From the NCBI GenBank assembly GCA_900553755.1, contig USEX01000003.1, positions 6,233-70,232 of the forward strand: DNA of 64,000 nucleotides. The letters are read 5' to 3'. The stretch comes from an uncultured Clostridium sp. GTDB lineage: Bacteria; Bacillota; Clostridia; TANB77; CAG-508. The notes beneath the pieces were generated by a model. The model saw nothing but the letters and a program-made list of their open reading frames with translations, searched no databases and was not told the DNA's origin. Positions within the stretch are counted from its first letter, which is position 1, and every line of letters starts with the position of its first letter. This document shows positions 36,573 through 45,951 of the stretch, piece by piece. A program made the translations under genes and the position numbers.

Positions 36573-37481
36573 TTACTTTTCTGTTTTCACTAAAATGTGC
36601 TTTCCATCACTAGTAACAGTTATTGTTCCACTTTCATCCGTTCTATAAATTCTAGCTCCTATTTTATTCAACTTATCAAGTGTTTTCTTTGTTGGATGAC
36701 CATATTTATTATTCGTTCCAACAGATATAATTGCTATATCCGGCTTTATTTGATTTAAGAAATCCTGTGATGTACTTGTATTTGAGCCATGGTGTCCCAC
36801 TTTCAATACGTTTATTTTTTCCCAGCTTCTTGATTCTTCATTTTCATTTTCTGCATCGCCAGTAAATAAGAAACTTTTTTCTCCATATGTAGCTTTTATA
36901 ACAATTGATGATAAATTAAGATTGCTTTTTTGTTCTTGCTCAGTTCCGCTTCCGCAAAGTATCACTTCACAGTCTATATCTCCAACTTTAAATGTGCTTC
37001 CCTGCTGTGGAGCTGTAATTTTCAATCCTTTATCTGCAATGGCGTCTAACACATCTTCAAACGTTTTTGTATTAGTTTGAATCTTTGGCATATATACATT
37101 TTCTATATCAAAATTTTTTATTACATCATCCATCCCACCAATATGGTCCTCATGTGGATGGGTTCCTACTACATATTTTAGCTTAGTAATCCCTAGATTC
37201 TTTATATTATTTACTACTAAATCTCCATCATCATTATTTCCCGCATCTATAAGCATTGCCTCATTATTACTTGTTAACAAAATACTATCAGCCTGCCCCA
37301 CATCAAAGTAATATACCTTAATTGTGTCTCCAGTTAATTCAGATTGCTCTACAGAATTATTGCTAACATTATTTCCATTTGCTCCTGCAAATCCTTCTAT
37401 AATTCCTAAAATTAATAAAATTAATATAGTTATAATTGTTCCAATTATACTTTGACTTTTTTTATTTGATTTTTTTTTCAT
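36573..37481 (-). CDS. Membrane-anchored or secreted MBL-fold hydrolase (ComEC C-terminal-domain-like)
   Basis: N-terminal TM/signal segment, HxHxDH motif (HPHEDHIGG), and GHHGS. Confidence 0.8.
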   Translation of the reverse strand: MKKKSNKKSQSIIGTIITILILLILGIIEGFAGANGNNVSNNSVEQSELTGDTIKVYYFDVGQADSILLTSNNEAMLIDAGNNDDGDLVVNNIKNLGITKLKYVVGTHPHEDHIGGMDDVIKNFDIENVYMPKIQTNTKTFEDVLDAIADKGLKITAPQQGSTFKVGDIDCEVILCGSGTEQEQKSNLNLSSIVIKATYGEKSFLFTGDAENENEESRSWEKINVLKVGHHGSNTSTSQDFLNQIKPDIAIISVGTNNKYGHPTKKTLDKLNKIGARIYRTDESGTITVTSDGKHILVKTEK

Positions 37482-37499
37482 GTGTATCCTTCCTCTTCT

Positions 37500-37832
37500 T
37501 TAATTATTCCATAAATTGTCCATTTTTTCTTTAATTCTTTTTTCTACTTTTTCTTCCTCTTCTAAATCCAATTCAAATTTTCCATTCTTTAATTTTAAAA
37601 TACTACCCTCTCGAGAATCTTCTGGCAAATCTTTCCTTTTTATATTAATCATTTCTTTGGTTTCTCTATCTTCGCAAACTGCTAAATCTCCCTCAAATCT
37701 ATCTATGGTATATACCTTTTCTTCTTGCATATTTTTTAACCTACTTTCTATTTCTTTCATAAAATTTTCTATATTTATTTTGCTGTGGGCTTCATTTTCT
37801 AATGTTCTAAAAAAATTAGATATATCTAGCAT
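37500..37832 (-). CDS. DUF3006-like small protein
   Basis: The core IDRFEGDLAVCEDRETKEMINIKRKDLPEDSREGSIL matches the DUF3006 pattern. It is paired with the downstream MBL hydrolase. Confidence 0.6.
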   Translation of the reverse strand: MLDISNFFRTLENEAHSKINIENFMKEIESRLKNMQEEKVYTIDRFEGDLAVCEDRETKEMINIKRKDLPEDSREGSILKLKNGKFELDLEEEEKVEKRIKEKMDNLWNN

Positions 37833-37953
37833 ATCTTCCTTTCCATTTCTTATTTATATTATTTTGTACCTTCATTATATATTGGATTTTAAATTTTTTC
37901 AATTATTTTATTCAAATAGGTTTTGAAGCGCTGACTCTCAGAATATATATTTA

Positions 37954-37982
37954 TTGACTAAAATGGCAAAATATGCTATAAT
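37954..37982 (+). promoter_or_regulatory. Sigma-A promoter for ppaC
   Basis: TTGACT, 17-nt spacer, TATAAT, with a TGc extended -10. Confidence 0.6.
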
Positions 37983-38043
37983 GTAATAGTTAAACATATA
38001 TATTATGTTTATTTTAATTTTACTTTTAAAGGAGATTATGAAA

Positions 38044-38964
38044 ATGGAGAAATTATATGTTATTGGGCATTCAAACCCAGATACTGATTCTATAACATCA
38101 GCAATAGTAGCTGCTAATTTACAAAAAAAATTAGGAAATGATGCTACTGCTTATAAATTAGGAAATATTAATAAAGAAACTGCTTATGCTTTAAAAACAT
38201 TTGAAGTTGATGAGCCTGAAACTCTTGAATCACTTGACGAAGGTTCTAATGTAATAATGGTAGATAATAATGAATTTTCTCAAAGTGTAAAAGGAATAGA
38301 AAAAGCTAATATAAAAATGGTTATCGACCATCACAGAGTGAAATTTGAATATACTGACCCTATTTATTATATTGCTGAACCAGTTGGATGTACAGCTACT
38401 ATTTTATACAAATTATATCTTCAAAAAGGTGTAGAAATTTCTGAAACAATGGCTGGTTTAATGCTTAGTGCAATAATATCAGATACTTTATTATTTAAAT
38501 CACCTACTTGCACAGAAGAAGATAAAGAAATTGCTGAAAAATTATCTAACATCGCTGGTGTTGATTTATATAAATATGGTACAGAAATGTTAAAAGCTGG
38601 AACTGACATTAGCGAATTTACTCCATTTCAAGTAATAAATATAGACTCAAAAGAATTTAATGATAAAAATGCAAAATTTGAAATTTCTCAAGTAAACGCT
38701 ATTGATTTAGATTCAATATTTAGTAGACAAACTGAACTAGAAAATGCAATTCAAGAAGAAATTGATAAGAAAAATCTTGATTTCTATGTATTTGCAGCAA
38801 CAGATATTTTAAATGCTAATTCAAAAATTATAGCATTAGGTAATAAAACTAATACAGTTGAAAAAGCTTTTGGAGTTAATTTAGATAACCACACAGCATT
38901 GCTTGAAAATGTTGTTTCTAGAAAAAAACAAATGTTACCTAACATATTAAATAATTTAGATTAA
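38044..38964 (+). CDS. ppaC: Manganese-dependent inorganic pyrophosphatase (family II, DHH)
   Basis: DHH motifs GHSNPDTDS, DNNE and DHHR, plus a DHHA2-like C-terminal half. The ATG at 38044 lies 9 nt after GGAG. Confidence 0.9.
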   Translation: MEKLYVIGHSNPDTDSITSAIVAANLQKKLGNDATAYKLGNINKETAYALKTFEVDEPETLESLDEGSNVIMVDNNEFSQSVKGIEKANIKMVIDHHRVKFEYTDPIYYIAEPVGCTATILYKLYLQKGVEISETMAGLMLSAIISDTLLFKSPTCTEEDKEIAEKLSNIAGVDLYKYGTEMLKAGTDISEFTPFQVINIDSKEFNDKNAKFEISQVNAIDLDSIFSRQTELENAIQEEIDKKNLDFYVFAATDILNANSKIIALGNKTNTVEKAFGVNLDNHTALLENVVSRKKQMLPNILNNLD

Positions 38965-38996
38965 AAGAAGGTTTTGACCACCTTCTTTTATTTTTG
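38963..38996 (+). terminator. ppaC terminator
   Basis: AAAAGAAGGT-TTTGACC-ACCTTCTTTT hairpin followed by a T-run. Confidence 0.75.
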
Positions 38997-39058
38997 TAAT
39001 ATTTTGTATATTATTGCATATTTAAATATTTTTTTGCGTTCGATTTTTTTATTTTTAT

Positions 39059-39087
39059 TTGAATTTTATGTAAATATGTGCTATAAT
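39059..39087 (+). promoter_or_regulatory. Consensus sigma-A promoter of the orphan gene at 39130
   Basis: TTGAAT, 17-nt spacer, TATAAT, with a TGc extended -10. Confidence 0.6.
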
Positions 39088-39129
39088 ATAAGTTATCCAA
39101 AATTCCACTTATGTTATGGAGGTACTGTT

Positions 39130-39468
39130 ATGAAAAACTGGATAAAAATAACATTCAGCTCGAAGGACAATACGTCGAAACGGGATTTCCCCTCGATAGG
39201 AGATATCGTCTACGACGAAAGTAACAAACGCATTGGTGAAGTTCTTAATGTTTCTTCACCAGAAATGCTTCACGCATCGGGAGTATATTTCAAACCCGAT
39301 GACGGAATAGCACGTTATGCATATCCCGGTTACATCGATCCAGAGGAAAATGAATTTGTTATGTTCTGTGACAAACCTGCATATTATTGCCGGCGGTGCA
39401 CTCTTCGTGACAATGAGCAGTGTTACTTTAATGTTGGTAAGCATGTAGTTTACGCTTACCACAGGTAG
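39130..39468 (+). CDS. Hypothetical protein, 112 aa, with a C-terminal Cys4 cluster, compositionally foreign
   Basis: ATG lies 7 nt after GGAGG. It has its own promoter and terminator. Hand count gives 106/240 G+C (about 44%). Cys cluster is FCDKPAYYCRRCTLRDNEQC. No family recognised. Confidence 0.6.
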   Translation: MKNWIKITFSSKDNTSKRDFPSIGDIVYDESNKRIGEVLNVSSPEMLHASGVYFKPDDGIARYAYPGYIDPEENEFVMFCDKPAYYCRRCTLRDNEQCYFNVGKHVVYAYHR

Positions 39469-39474
39469 TTTTAT

Positions 39475-39513
39475 GGGTAATATCTAGACTTAGATATTAC
39501 CCATTTCCCTTTT
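39475..39513 (+). terminator. Terminator after the orphan gene
   Basis: GGGTAATATCTA-GACT-TAGATATTACCC forms a 12-bp perfect stem followed by ATTTCCCTTTT. Confidence 0.6.
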
Positions 39514-39517
39514 ATGC

Positions 39518-40129
39518 TTAATTTTCGTCTTCAGTATTTCTACATTTATTATTCATGTAAAATCTTTTTTCTGCCAATTTATCCTGTACGCCTCTTAATG
39601 CTTCTCCAAATCTTTGGAAGTGAACAATTTCTCTTTGCCTTAAGTATCTTAAAATATCTACAACTTCGCTATCCTCTGCACATAAATCTATTAATTTTTC
39701 ATATGTTGCTCTTGCTTTTTGTTCTGCAGCTAAATCCTCTTGCAAGTTTGCTATTGGATCACCTTTGCAGGCTAAGCAATTTGCATCAAATGGCATTCCT
39801 GCAGCTGATTGTGGATATATATCTATACCATGATCTGTATAATATGCCCCCAATCCTACTTTTTCTAACTCTTCTGCTGAACATCCATCAGTTAATTGTC
39901 TTACTAAAGTTCCAACCATCTCTAAATGGGCTAATTCTTCAGTTCCTATATCATTCAATGTAGCTTTTGCCTGTAAATCTGGCATTGCAAATCTTTGTGA
40001 TAAATACCTTAAAGATGCTCCTAATTCCCCATCTGGTCCTCCATATTGAGATATAATGTATTTTGCAAGTCTTGGATTTCTGCATTTAATATTTATAGGA
40101 TATTGTAACATTTTATTATAAGTCCACAT
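39518..40129 (-). CDS. cotJC: Spore coat protein CotJC (manganese-catalase family)
   Basis: Mn-catalase/ferritin-like motifs (ELGASLRYLSQRF, EELAHLEMV, REIVHFQRF). TAATG overlap with cotJB. Confidence 0.9.
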   Translation of the reverse strand: MWTYNKMLQYPINIKCRNPRLAKYIISQYGGPDGELGASLRYLSQRFAMPDLQAKATLNDIGTEELAHLEMVGTLVRQLTDGCSAEELEKVGLGAYYTDHGIDIYPQSAAGMPFDANCLACKGDPIANLQEDLAAEQKARATYEKLIDLCAEDSEVVDILRYLRQREIVHFQRFGEALRGVQDKLAEKRFYMNNKCRNTEDEN

Positions 40130-40479
40130 TATAATTCACTTCCTTCCCAAGGCCATGGCTCTTCTAACCATCTCCATTTATTGCATGGGCAGTATATGCT
40201 AAGTGGCCCATATATTCTTTGATACATATCTTTCAATTCATTTAGATTATTACAATATTTACGGTGTAAACAAATTGCTTTTTCATCTGTAGGATGTGTA
40301 TTTAGATATTCTGCTAAATCAGTGATAGCAAATGTTAAACATCTAATTTCTTTTAATAATTTTTGGCAGGTTTCATTATTGTTATTACAGCCACATCCAT
40401 TATTTTCTGTAGTAGCTGGGTTATATCCAAATTGAGCATTTATTCCTGTTACTTCATAATTACAATTTTCATCATTCAT
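40129..40479 (-). CDS. cotJB: Spore coat protein CotJB
   Basis: The core LLKEIRCLTFAITDLAEYLNTHPTDEKA...YGPL...PWPWE is typical of CotJB. The ATG at 40479 overlaps the cotJA stop (TAATG); a GTG at 40494 is an alternative start. Confidence 0.85.
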   Translation of the reverse strand: MNDENCNYEVTGINAQFGYNPATTENNGCGCNNNNETCQKLLKEIRCLTFAITDLAEYLNTHPTDEKAICLHRKYCNNLNELKDMYQRIYGPLSIYCPCNKWRWLEEPWPWEGSEL

Positions 40480-40823
40480 TAGCAAGTTTGACACCCCTTT
40501 CCAAAACTATTTCTAGATCTTAAATATTCAATCTCCATCATACTTTGTCCTGGATAGTACGTAGTAACTAATTCAGGAAATATTGTTCCGTTTTGCAAGC
40601 CACAACAAGGGGTAAAAGTTTTATCCATATATTGAGTTGGTACATAACTCTGTGCAAGCATAGGATTAGTTGGAAATAAATTCATTTCCTGGTCAAAGCC
40701 ACATTGACAAGAATCTTCGTTATTCTCCTCATAGCTTTGAACATCGCTGCAGCTAGTTTCTAGTGGACCAACATCTTCTTCCATATTGTTTTGGCAGCAA
40801 CATTTTTTACAACATTGATACAT
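40479..40823 (-). CDS. cotJA: Spore coat-associated protein CotJA
   Basis: LAQSYVPTQYMDKTF...LQNGTIFPEL matches the CotJA core. It is the first gene of the cotJABC arrangement. Confidence 0.8.
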   Translation of the reverse strand: MYQCCKKCCCQNNMEEDVGPLETSCSDVQSYEENNEDSCQCGFDQEMNLFPTNPMLAQSYVPTQYMDKTFTPCCGLQNGTIFPELVTTYYPGQSMMEIEYLRSRNSFGKGCQTC

Positions 40824-40880
40824 TAATATTCCTCCTTTATTAAATCTTTAGCTTATTGCCTATACTGCATTTTATGACAT

Positions 40881-40913
40881 AAAAAAAGAGATTGTTACAA
40901 TTCGCAACAATCT
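40881..40913 (-). terminator. pyk terminator
   Basis: On the minus strand, AGATTGTT-9nt-AACAATCT is followed by a U7 run. Confidence 0.7.
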
Positions 40914-40930
40914 TCTTTCTTATTTTATAA

Positions 40931-42370
40931 CTATACTTTTAAAACTCCACCTATTGTTTTATTCACAGATGAACCAACGTCTTCCATTATTTTGTCTCCA
41001 CCTGCAATTATTACTAGGTCTCCTTTTTCTAGTATTTCTTTATTCTTTAATTTTTCAATTCCTTTTTCAATTGTTTTATTTACTGTTTCTTCTGCTGGAA
41101 CAAATATTGGTGTTACGTTCCAAGCTAAACCTAATTGATGGAATGTTCTCTTATTATCTGTTATAGCAAGAATTGGGCATCCAGCTCCTAATCCAGCTAA
41201 GTTTCTTGCAGAATTTCCTGTATGTGTATAGCATACTATTGCATCAGCTTTCATGTTTTTAGCTGTTACACAAGTTGCATATGCTACGTTTTCTTCTAAT
41301 GTATCTAGTTTTACATTTTCGTTCTCATCAAATCTCTTCCAGTAATTTATTTCTGGTTCAACTCTGTTTGCTATTTTAACCATTGTTTCAACACATTCTA
41401 CTGGATAATCACCTTGTGCACATTCTCCTGAAAGCATTATAGCACTTGTTCTATCATATATTGCATTTGCAACATCGCTTGCTTCTGCTCTTGTTGGTAA
41501 TGGTTGATGTGTCATTGATTCTAACATTTGTGTTGCTGTAATAGCTGGTTTACATTCTTTATTGCAAAGTTTTATTAATTTCTTTTGAACTACTGGTGGT
41601 TCTGTGAAATCAGTTTCAGTAGCCATATCACCACGGGCAATCATTTGTCCATCAGCTAAATTTACTATAGTTTCTAAATTAGAAAGACCTTCAACATTTT
41701 CTATTTTTGTTATTATTTGAATATCTTTTCCACCATTTTCATCTAATACTTTTCTAACATTTTGAATATCTTCTGCATTTCTCGCAAATGATATTGCTAC
41801 GAAATCATATTCATGTTCGCAAGCTGCTTTTAAATCTGCTATATCTTTTTCAGCTAAACCTGGTAATCTAATAACTGTTCCAGGCAAATTCATAGTTTTT
41901 CTGCTTCCTAAACCATTTCCATGAACAACTGTTGTTACTATATCTTTACCAACAACTTCATCAACTTTTAATTCTATTGCTCCATCATCTATTAAAATTT
42001 TTGTTCCTTGTTTAACATCTTTATATAATTCTTTATATGTTACAGAAACACCTTCTTCGTTTCCTGTTACATCTGCATTATATAATGTGAATTTTTGACC
42101 ATCTTTTAATTGTATTTTTGTATTTTTTCCTGTGTATAGCATTCCAGTTCTTATTTCTGGTCCCTTCATATCCAATAATAATGCTATTGGAAGTTCTTTC
42201 TCTTCTCTTAATTTTATTATTGTTTCTGTTTTCTCTGATTGCTCTTCCCAACTTCCATGAGAATAATTTACTCTTGTTACATTTAAGCCAGCTTCAAATA
42301 ATTCTTCTAATTTGTTTTCACTAGCTGGTCCTATTGTTCCAACAATTTTTGTTTTTCTTAATGCTTTCAT
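40931..42370 (-). CDS. pyk: Pyruvate kinase
   Basis: [15 protein letters not shown]-type motif (NYSHGS), MIARGDM. The ATG at 42370 has a GGTGGAGG RBS. Confidence 0.95.
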   Translation of the reverse strand: MKALRKTKIVGTIGPASENKLEELFEAGLNVTRVNYSHGSWEEQSEKTETIIKLREEKELPIALLLDMKGPEIRTGMLYTGKNTKIQLKDGQKFTLYNADVTGNEEGVSVTYKELYKDVKQGTKILIDDGAIELKVDEVVGKDIVTTVVHGNGLGSRKTMNLPGTVIRLPGLAEKDIADLKAACEHEYDFVAISFARNAEDIQNVRKVLDENGGKDIQIITKIENVEGLSNLETIVNLADGQMIARGDMATETDFTEPPVVQKKLIKLCNKECKPAITATQMLESMTHQPLPTRAEASDVANAIYDRTSAIMLSGECAQGDYPVECVETMVKIANRVEPEINYWKRFDENENVKLDTLEENVAYATCVTAKNMKADAIVCYTHTGNSARNLAGLGAGCPILAITDNKRTFHQLGLAWNVTPIFVPAEETVNKTIEKGIEKLKNKEILEKGDLVIIAGGDKIMEDVGSSVNKTIGGVLKV

Positions 42371-42518
42371 TAATATTCCTCCACCTTTCAAAATAACGTT
42401 CATATTATATCACTATTTCAGCTTTATTTCAAGCTTTTCTATATTATTTGACAAAATTATGAAATTAATGTATTTTATAATAAAATTATTTAAATTTTTT
42501 ATGGAAAGGATGAACTTT

Positions 42519-43052
42519 ATGTTAAAAGAATTCAAAGAATTTGCAACCAGAGGAAATATTTCAGATTTAGCATTAGGTATTGTAATTGGTGGTGCTTTTC
42601 AAAAAATTGTAACTTCTTTAGTTGAAGATATTATTATGCCTTGTGTTTCTGTACTAATTGGAAAGGTTGATTTCTCAGATTTAGTATTAAATATTGGTGA
42701 AGTTTCTATCAAATATGGTCACTTTATTACTACTATAGTCGACTTTCTAATAATATCTTTTTCTATATTTTTGGTTATTAGATATTTAAATAAATTGAAT
42801 AAAATAGGTGAAAAAGATCTTAATAAATTAGCTAAGAAAATTAATGAATTAGATAAATCTGGAAATTTAAAAAAGTTGAAGAGACTTGGTAAGAAAAAAA
42901 CTGAAGAACATAATGAAACACCAGAAAAGGCAGAACCAGAAACAAAAATATGTCCTTACTGCCTATCTGAAATTAAATATAAAGCAACAAGATGTCCAAA
43001 TTGTACTTCTAAGCTAGTTTATGAAACAAAACCTACTGCACATAAAAAATGA
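42519..43052 (+). CDS. mscL: Large-conductance mechanosensitive channel MscL with a C-terminal zinc-ribbon extension
   Basis: [41 protein letters not shown] is a canonical MscL N-terminus. The C-terminus carries CPYC-x11-CPNC. The upstream part of ORF 42312.. is antisense to pyk and was discarded. Confidence 0.9.
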   Translation: MLKEFKEFATRGNISDLALGIVIGGAFQKIVTSLVEDIIMPCVSVLIGKVDFSDLVLNIGEVSIKYGHFITTIVDFLIISFSIFLVIRYLNKLNKIGEKDLNKLAKKINELDKSGNLKKLKRLGKKKTEEHNETPEKAEPETKICPYCLSEIKYKATRCPNCTSKLVYETKPTAHKK

Positions 43053-43078
43053 TTAGATTTCTCTAATCATTTTATTTA

Positions 43079-43246
43079 TTATGCATTATAATTGTTATTT
43101 CTTCTTTGTGCTTTTCTTGCTTTTCTGCATTCTGGGCATCTTTGAGGTTCATTTGTGAATCCTTTTTCTGCATAAAATGCTTGTTCACCTTCTGTGAAAA
43201 CAAATTCAGCTCCACAATCTTTGCATACTAATGTTTTGTCTGCCAT
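43079..43246 (-). CDS. Small zinc-ribbon protein
   Basis: 55 aa from the ATG at 43246, with AGGAGG 6 nt upstream. Motif is CKDCG-x25-CPEC with a basic tail. Confidence 0.65.
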   Translation of the reverse strand: MADKTLVCKDCGAEFVFTEGEQAFYAEKGFTNEPQRCPECRKARKAQRRNNNYNA

Positions 43247-43398
43247 GACATTTCCTCCTTCTTTAAATTCATTTAATATATTTTGACACATTGAAACTTT
43301 TTAGAGGAAATAGTCTACTAAATAATTAAATTTTTACAAATTGCTTATAAACAATTTTGTATAATATATCATATTCTTTTTATTTATGCAAGGTTTTA

Positions 43399-44235
43399 TT
43401 ACTTTTCTATTCCGACATATTTCGACTTCTTTGAGAATGCTAATATAGATTCGAATACTGGCCATAGTAGCCATAATCCTAATCCATACGCCTGCCTTTT
43501 ATCAAAAGCTTCTGCTAGCATAAACCTACTTGCTACATGTACTAGCCATAAGATTATCCATCCTACAACAGGTACCAATAACAATAATAGCCACCAAGAA
43601 CTCATTCCACAAATTTGTAACATAACTACATCTTTATATATTGGTATTAAAACTGCCCATGCACGTTTCTTTGCTTTTTTATATATAACACATCTTACAA
43701 ACAATTTATAAATTGCAAGAATTATTACTATTCTTGTAATTATTCTTATTATGTTGGCTGACCAAGCAATCGATACCATTAGACCAACTTTTTCTCTTGT
43801 AGACATATTTGCAGTAGTTTTATTCACGATATCTAATAATGTAGCACCATCTTCTACTTCGCTTATAACTTGCTCCATATCCGTTTTTTCAATTATTGCA
43901 TTTAACTTATCTTTATCAACATTTTTCAATACTTTGCATATATTATCTATGTTTTCTTTAGCCTGTCCATCGCTTTTTATCTTATCTTTATTATTTTCTA
44001 TCATTGTAACAATTTCTTCATTTGTATATTCTTTACTAACGTCCTTATATGTTTTTATTGCTTCAGTTAACCCATCTTTTGTTAGTCCTTGTTCTTCAAA
44101 TAGTTGCATTAAATAAACTATTTTTTCCTCTGAATTATTTTCTGCAAAAGATTTTACATTGCAAATTATCATACTTAAAAATATAATCATTGTTATACAT
44201 AATAATTTTATCCATATTCTATTATTTTTCATCAT
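43399..44235 (-). CDS. Membrane protein with a signal/anchor, a soluble domain and a C-terminal DUF5684-like multi-TM region
   Basis: N-terminus is MMKNNRIWIKLLCITMIIFLSMIICN. The C-terminal WAVLIPIYKDVVMLQICGMSSWWLLLLLVP pattern resembles DUF5684. GGGAG RBS. Confidence 0.5.
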   Translation of the reverse strand: MMKNNRIWIKLLCITMIIFLSMIICNVKSFAENNSEEKIVYLMQLFEEQGLTKDGLTEAIKTYKDVSKEYTNEEIVTMIENNKDKIKSDGQAKENIDNICKVLKNVDKDKLNAIIEKTDMEQVISEVEDGATLLDIVNKTTANMSTREKVGLMVSIAWSANIIRIITRIVIILAIYKLFVRCVIYKKAKKRAWAVLIPIYKDVVMLQICGMSSWWLLLLLVPVVGWIILWLVHVASRFMLAEAFDKRQAYGLGLWLLWPVFESILAFSKKSKYVGIEK

Positions 44236-44371
44236 TTTTCTCCCTTTTTCGCTATCGACTTTTATTATTTTAGCATAACAATTTTTTATCTTCAATACTT
44301 TTGTTTATTTTTGTTTTGTTCAAAAGGAATATTATTACGTATTTCTAATAAAATATCATTAAGGAGGCCTT

Positions 44372-45289
44372 ATGATTGTAAATACTTTTGCTCCTTATGA
44401 TTCTGAATTATTAGAAAATAATATTATTTCTTTATTCAATCAATTTCCTTTTTTAAGAAAGGAAATCGTTGGTTATAGCGTTTGTAAAAATCCAATTTAT
44501 TCAATAGTATTTGGGCACGGAGAAAAGCAAATATTTTATTTTGGTTCTATTCATGCAAATGAATCTATTGTTTCTAAATTGCTTATGAAATTTATAGAAG
44601 AATTGTGTATTGCTTACAAATCAAATTCAAGTATTTTAGGATATTCTGTAGAAAATATTTTTGAAAAGTCTACAATTTATATTGTACCTATGGCGAACCC
44701 AGATGGTGTAGATTTAGTAAATAATCCTTCACTATTACCTCATAAATATTACGTACAAGCAAAATCCATTGCTTATAATTATCCTTCAATTTCTTTTGCA
44801 AATGGATGGAAGGCTAATATAAATGGTGTGGATTTAAATTTACAATTTCCTGCTGGCTGGGAACAAGCAAAAAAAATAAAGTACTCTCAGGGTATAAGCA
44901 CTCCAGCCCCTCGTAATTTTGTTGGATTGGCTCCATTATCTCAACCTGAATCCTTAGCTTTATATAATTATACAAAACAACATAATTTTGATTTAATAAT
45001 TGCTTACCATACTCAAGGTAAAGAGATTTATTGGCAATTTCAAAATTATGCTCCCAAAAATGCTTATAACATTGGATTGCAATTCGCCAAGATTAGTAAT
45101 TACACTTTGGCAGATGTTCCATATATTTCAGGTTTTGCTGGCTACAAAGATTGGTTCTTACAGGAATATGAGAAACCAGCTTACACTATCGAAGCTGGTT
45201 TTGGTGAAAACCCTTTGCCTATATCACAATTTAATGAAATCTACAAAGATAACTTAGGAATCTTATTACTAGGAAGTATCTTGGCTTAA
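44372..45289 (+). CDS. M14-family zinc carboxypeptidase (gamma-D-glutamyl-meso-diaminopimelate peptidase-like)
   Basis: HxxE zinc motif (HANESI), NPDGVDL, HTQGKEIYW. Confidence 0.75.
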   Translation: MIVNTFAPYDSELLENNIISLFNQFPFLRKEIVGYSVCKNPIYSIVFGHGEKQIFYFGSIHANESIVSKLLMKFIEELCIAYKSNSSILGYSVENIFEKSTIYIVPMANPDGVDLVNNPSLLPHKYYVQAKSIAYNYPSISFANGWKANINGVDLNLQFPAGWEQAKKIKYSQGISTPAPRNFVGLAPLSQPESLALYNYTKQHNFDLIIAYHTQGKEIYWQFQNYAPKNAYNIGLQFAKISNYTLADVPYISGFAGYKDWFLQEYEKPAYTIEAGFGENPLPISQFNEIYKDNLGILLLGSILA

Positions 45290-45302
45290 GCTATATACTT
45301 CC

Positions 45303-45881
45303 TTATATATCCAATATCTTTTTTATCTCTTTTTCAACTTCTTCTATAGATTTACTATTTTCAATCTTATAAACTTTTATTTTTGTTGGGTATTTTTCTT
45401 TTATTTCATCTGCCATTTGCAAATACATCTTTTGTTGTTCTACACTCTTTTCAATAGCAAATTTAGCATAACTTAAATTTGCTTTATCTTTTCTTTCTAA
45501 TCTCTTTTTATATAAGTTCTCATCCTTTAAATACAATGTTATGTAATATATATCAAAATCCATTTCACTTAATGATTTTAATAGTTTATTATAAACTTCT
45601 GTAAATGAATATTCTTTGTACCCTAATCTGCAATAATTTTCTTCTGAAAAGAATGTTCTATCAAACAGTAAATTAATTCCTAAATTTTCTAATGTTTTTA
45701 TATACCCCTGTAAATCTGTATACATCTTTGTAGCCTTTTCAAGGCCAGCTTTTGTGCTATCACTTGTACCTGATAATCTATATAAATTTGTATATTTCAT
45801 TGTGTGCCTTATAAAATCCGTTATGGTTGTTTTTCCGACACCTTGTGGACCTTCTACTATTACTAATTTTGAATTTGCCAT
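45303..45881 (-). CDS. P-loop kinase-like protein (dNK/NMP-kinase fold), function unknown
   Basis: Walker A GPQGVGKTT. About 190 aa. The ATG at 45881 lies 8 nt after GGAGG. Confidence 0.5.
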   Translation of the reverse strand: MANSKLVIVEGPQGVGKTTITDFIRHTMKYTNLYRLSGTSDSTKAGLEKATKMYTDLQGYIKTLENLGINLLFDRTFFSEENYCRLGYKEYSFTEVYNKLLKSLSEMDFDIYYITLYLKDENLYKKRLERKDKANLSYAKFAIEKSVEQQKMYLQMADEIKEKYPTKIKVYKIENSKSIEEVEKEIKKILDI

Positions 45882-45951
45882 TTTCATATCCTCCTCTTAA
45901 TTATAAGTATTATAACACAAAAAAAGAAAATTCAAGTATAAATTTTCTTTT

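Noticed and set aside
42312-42518. The N-terminal 69 codons of the long ORF that contains mscL.
   Set aside because: This part is antisense to the pyk 5' end and promoter region. The canonical MscL N-terminus (MLKEFKEF) starts at 42519 and has its own GGAAAGGA RBS.
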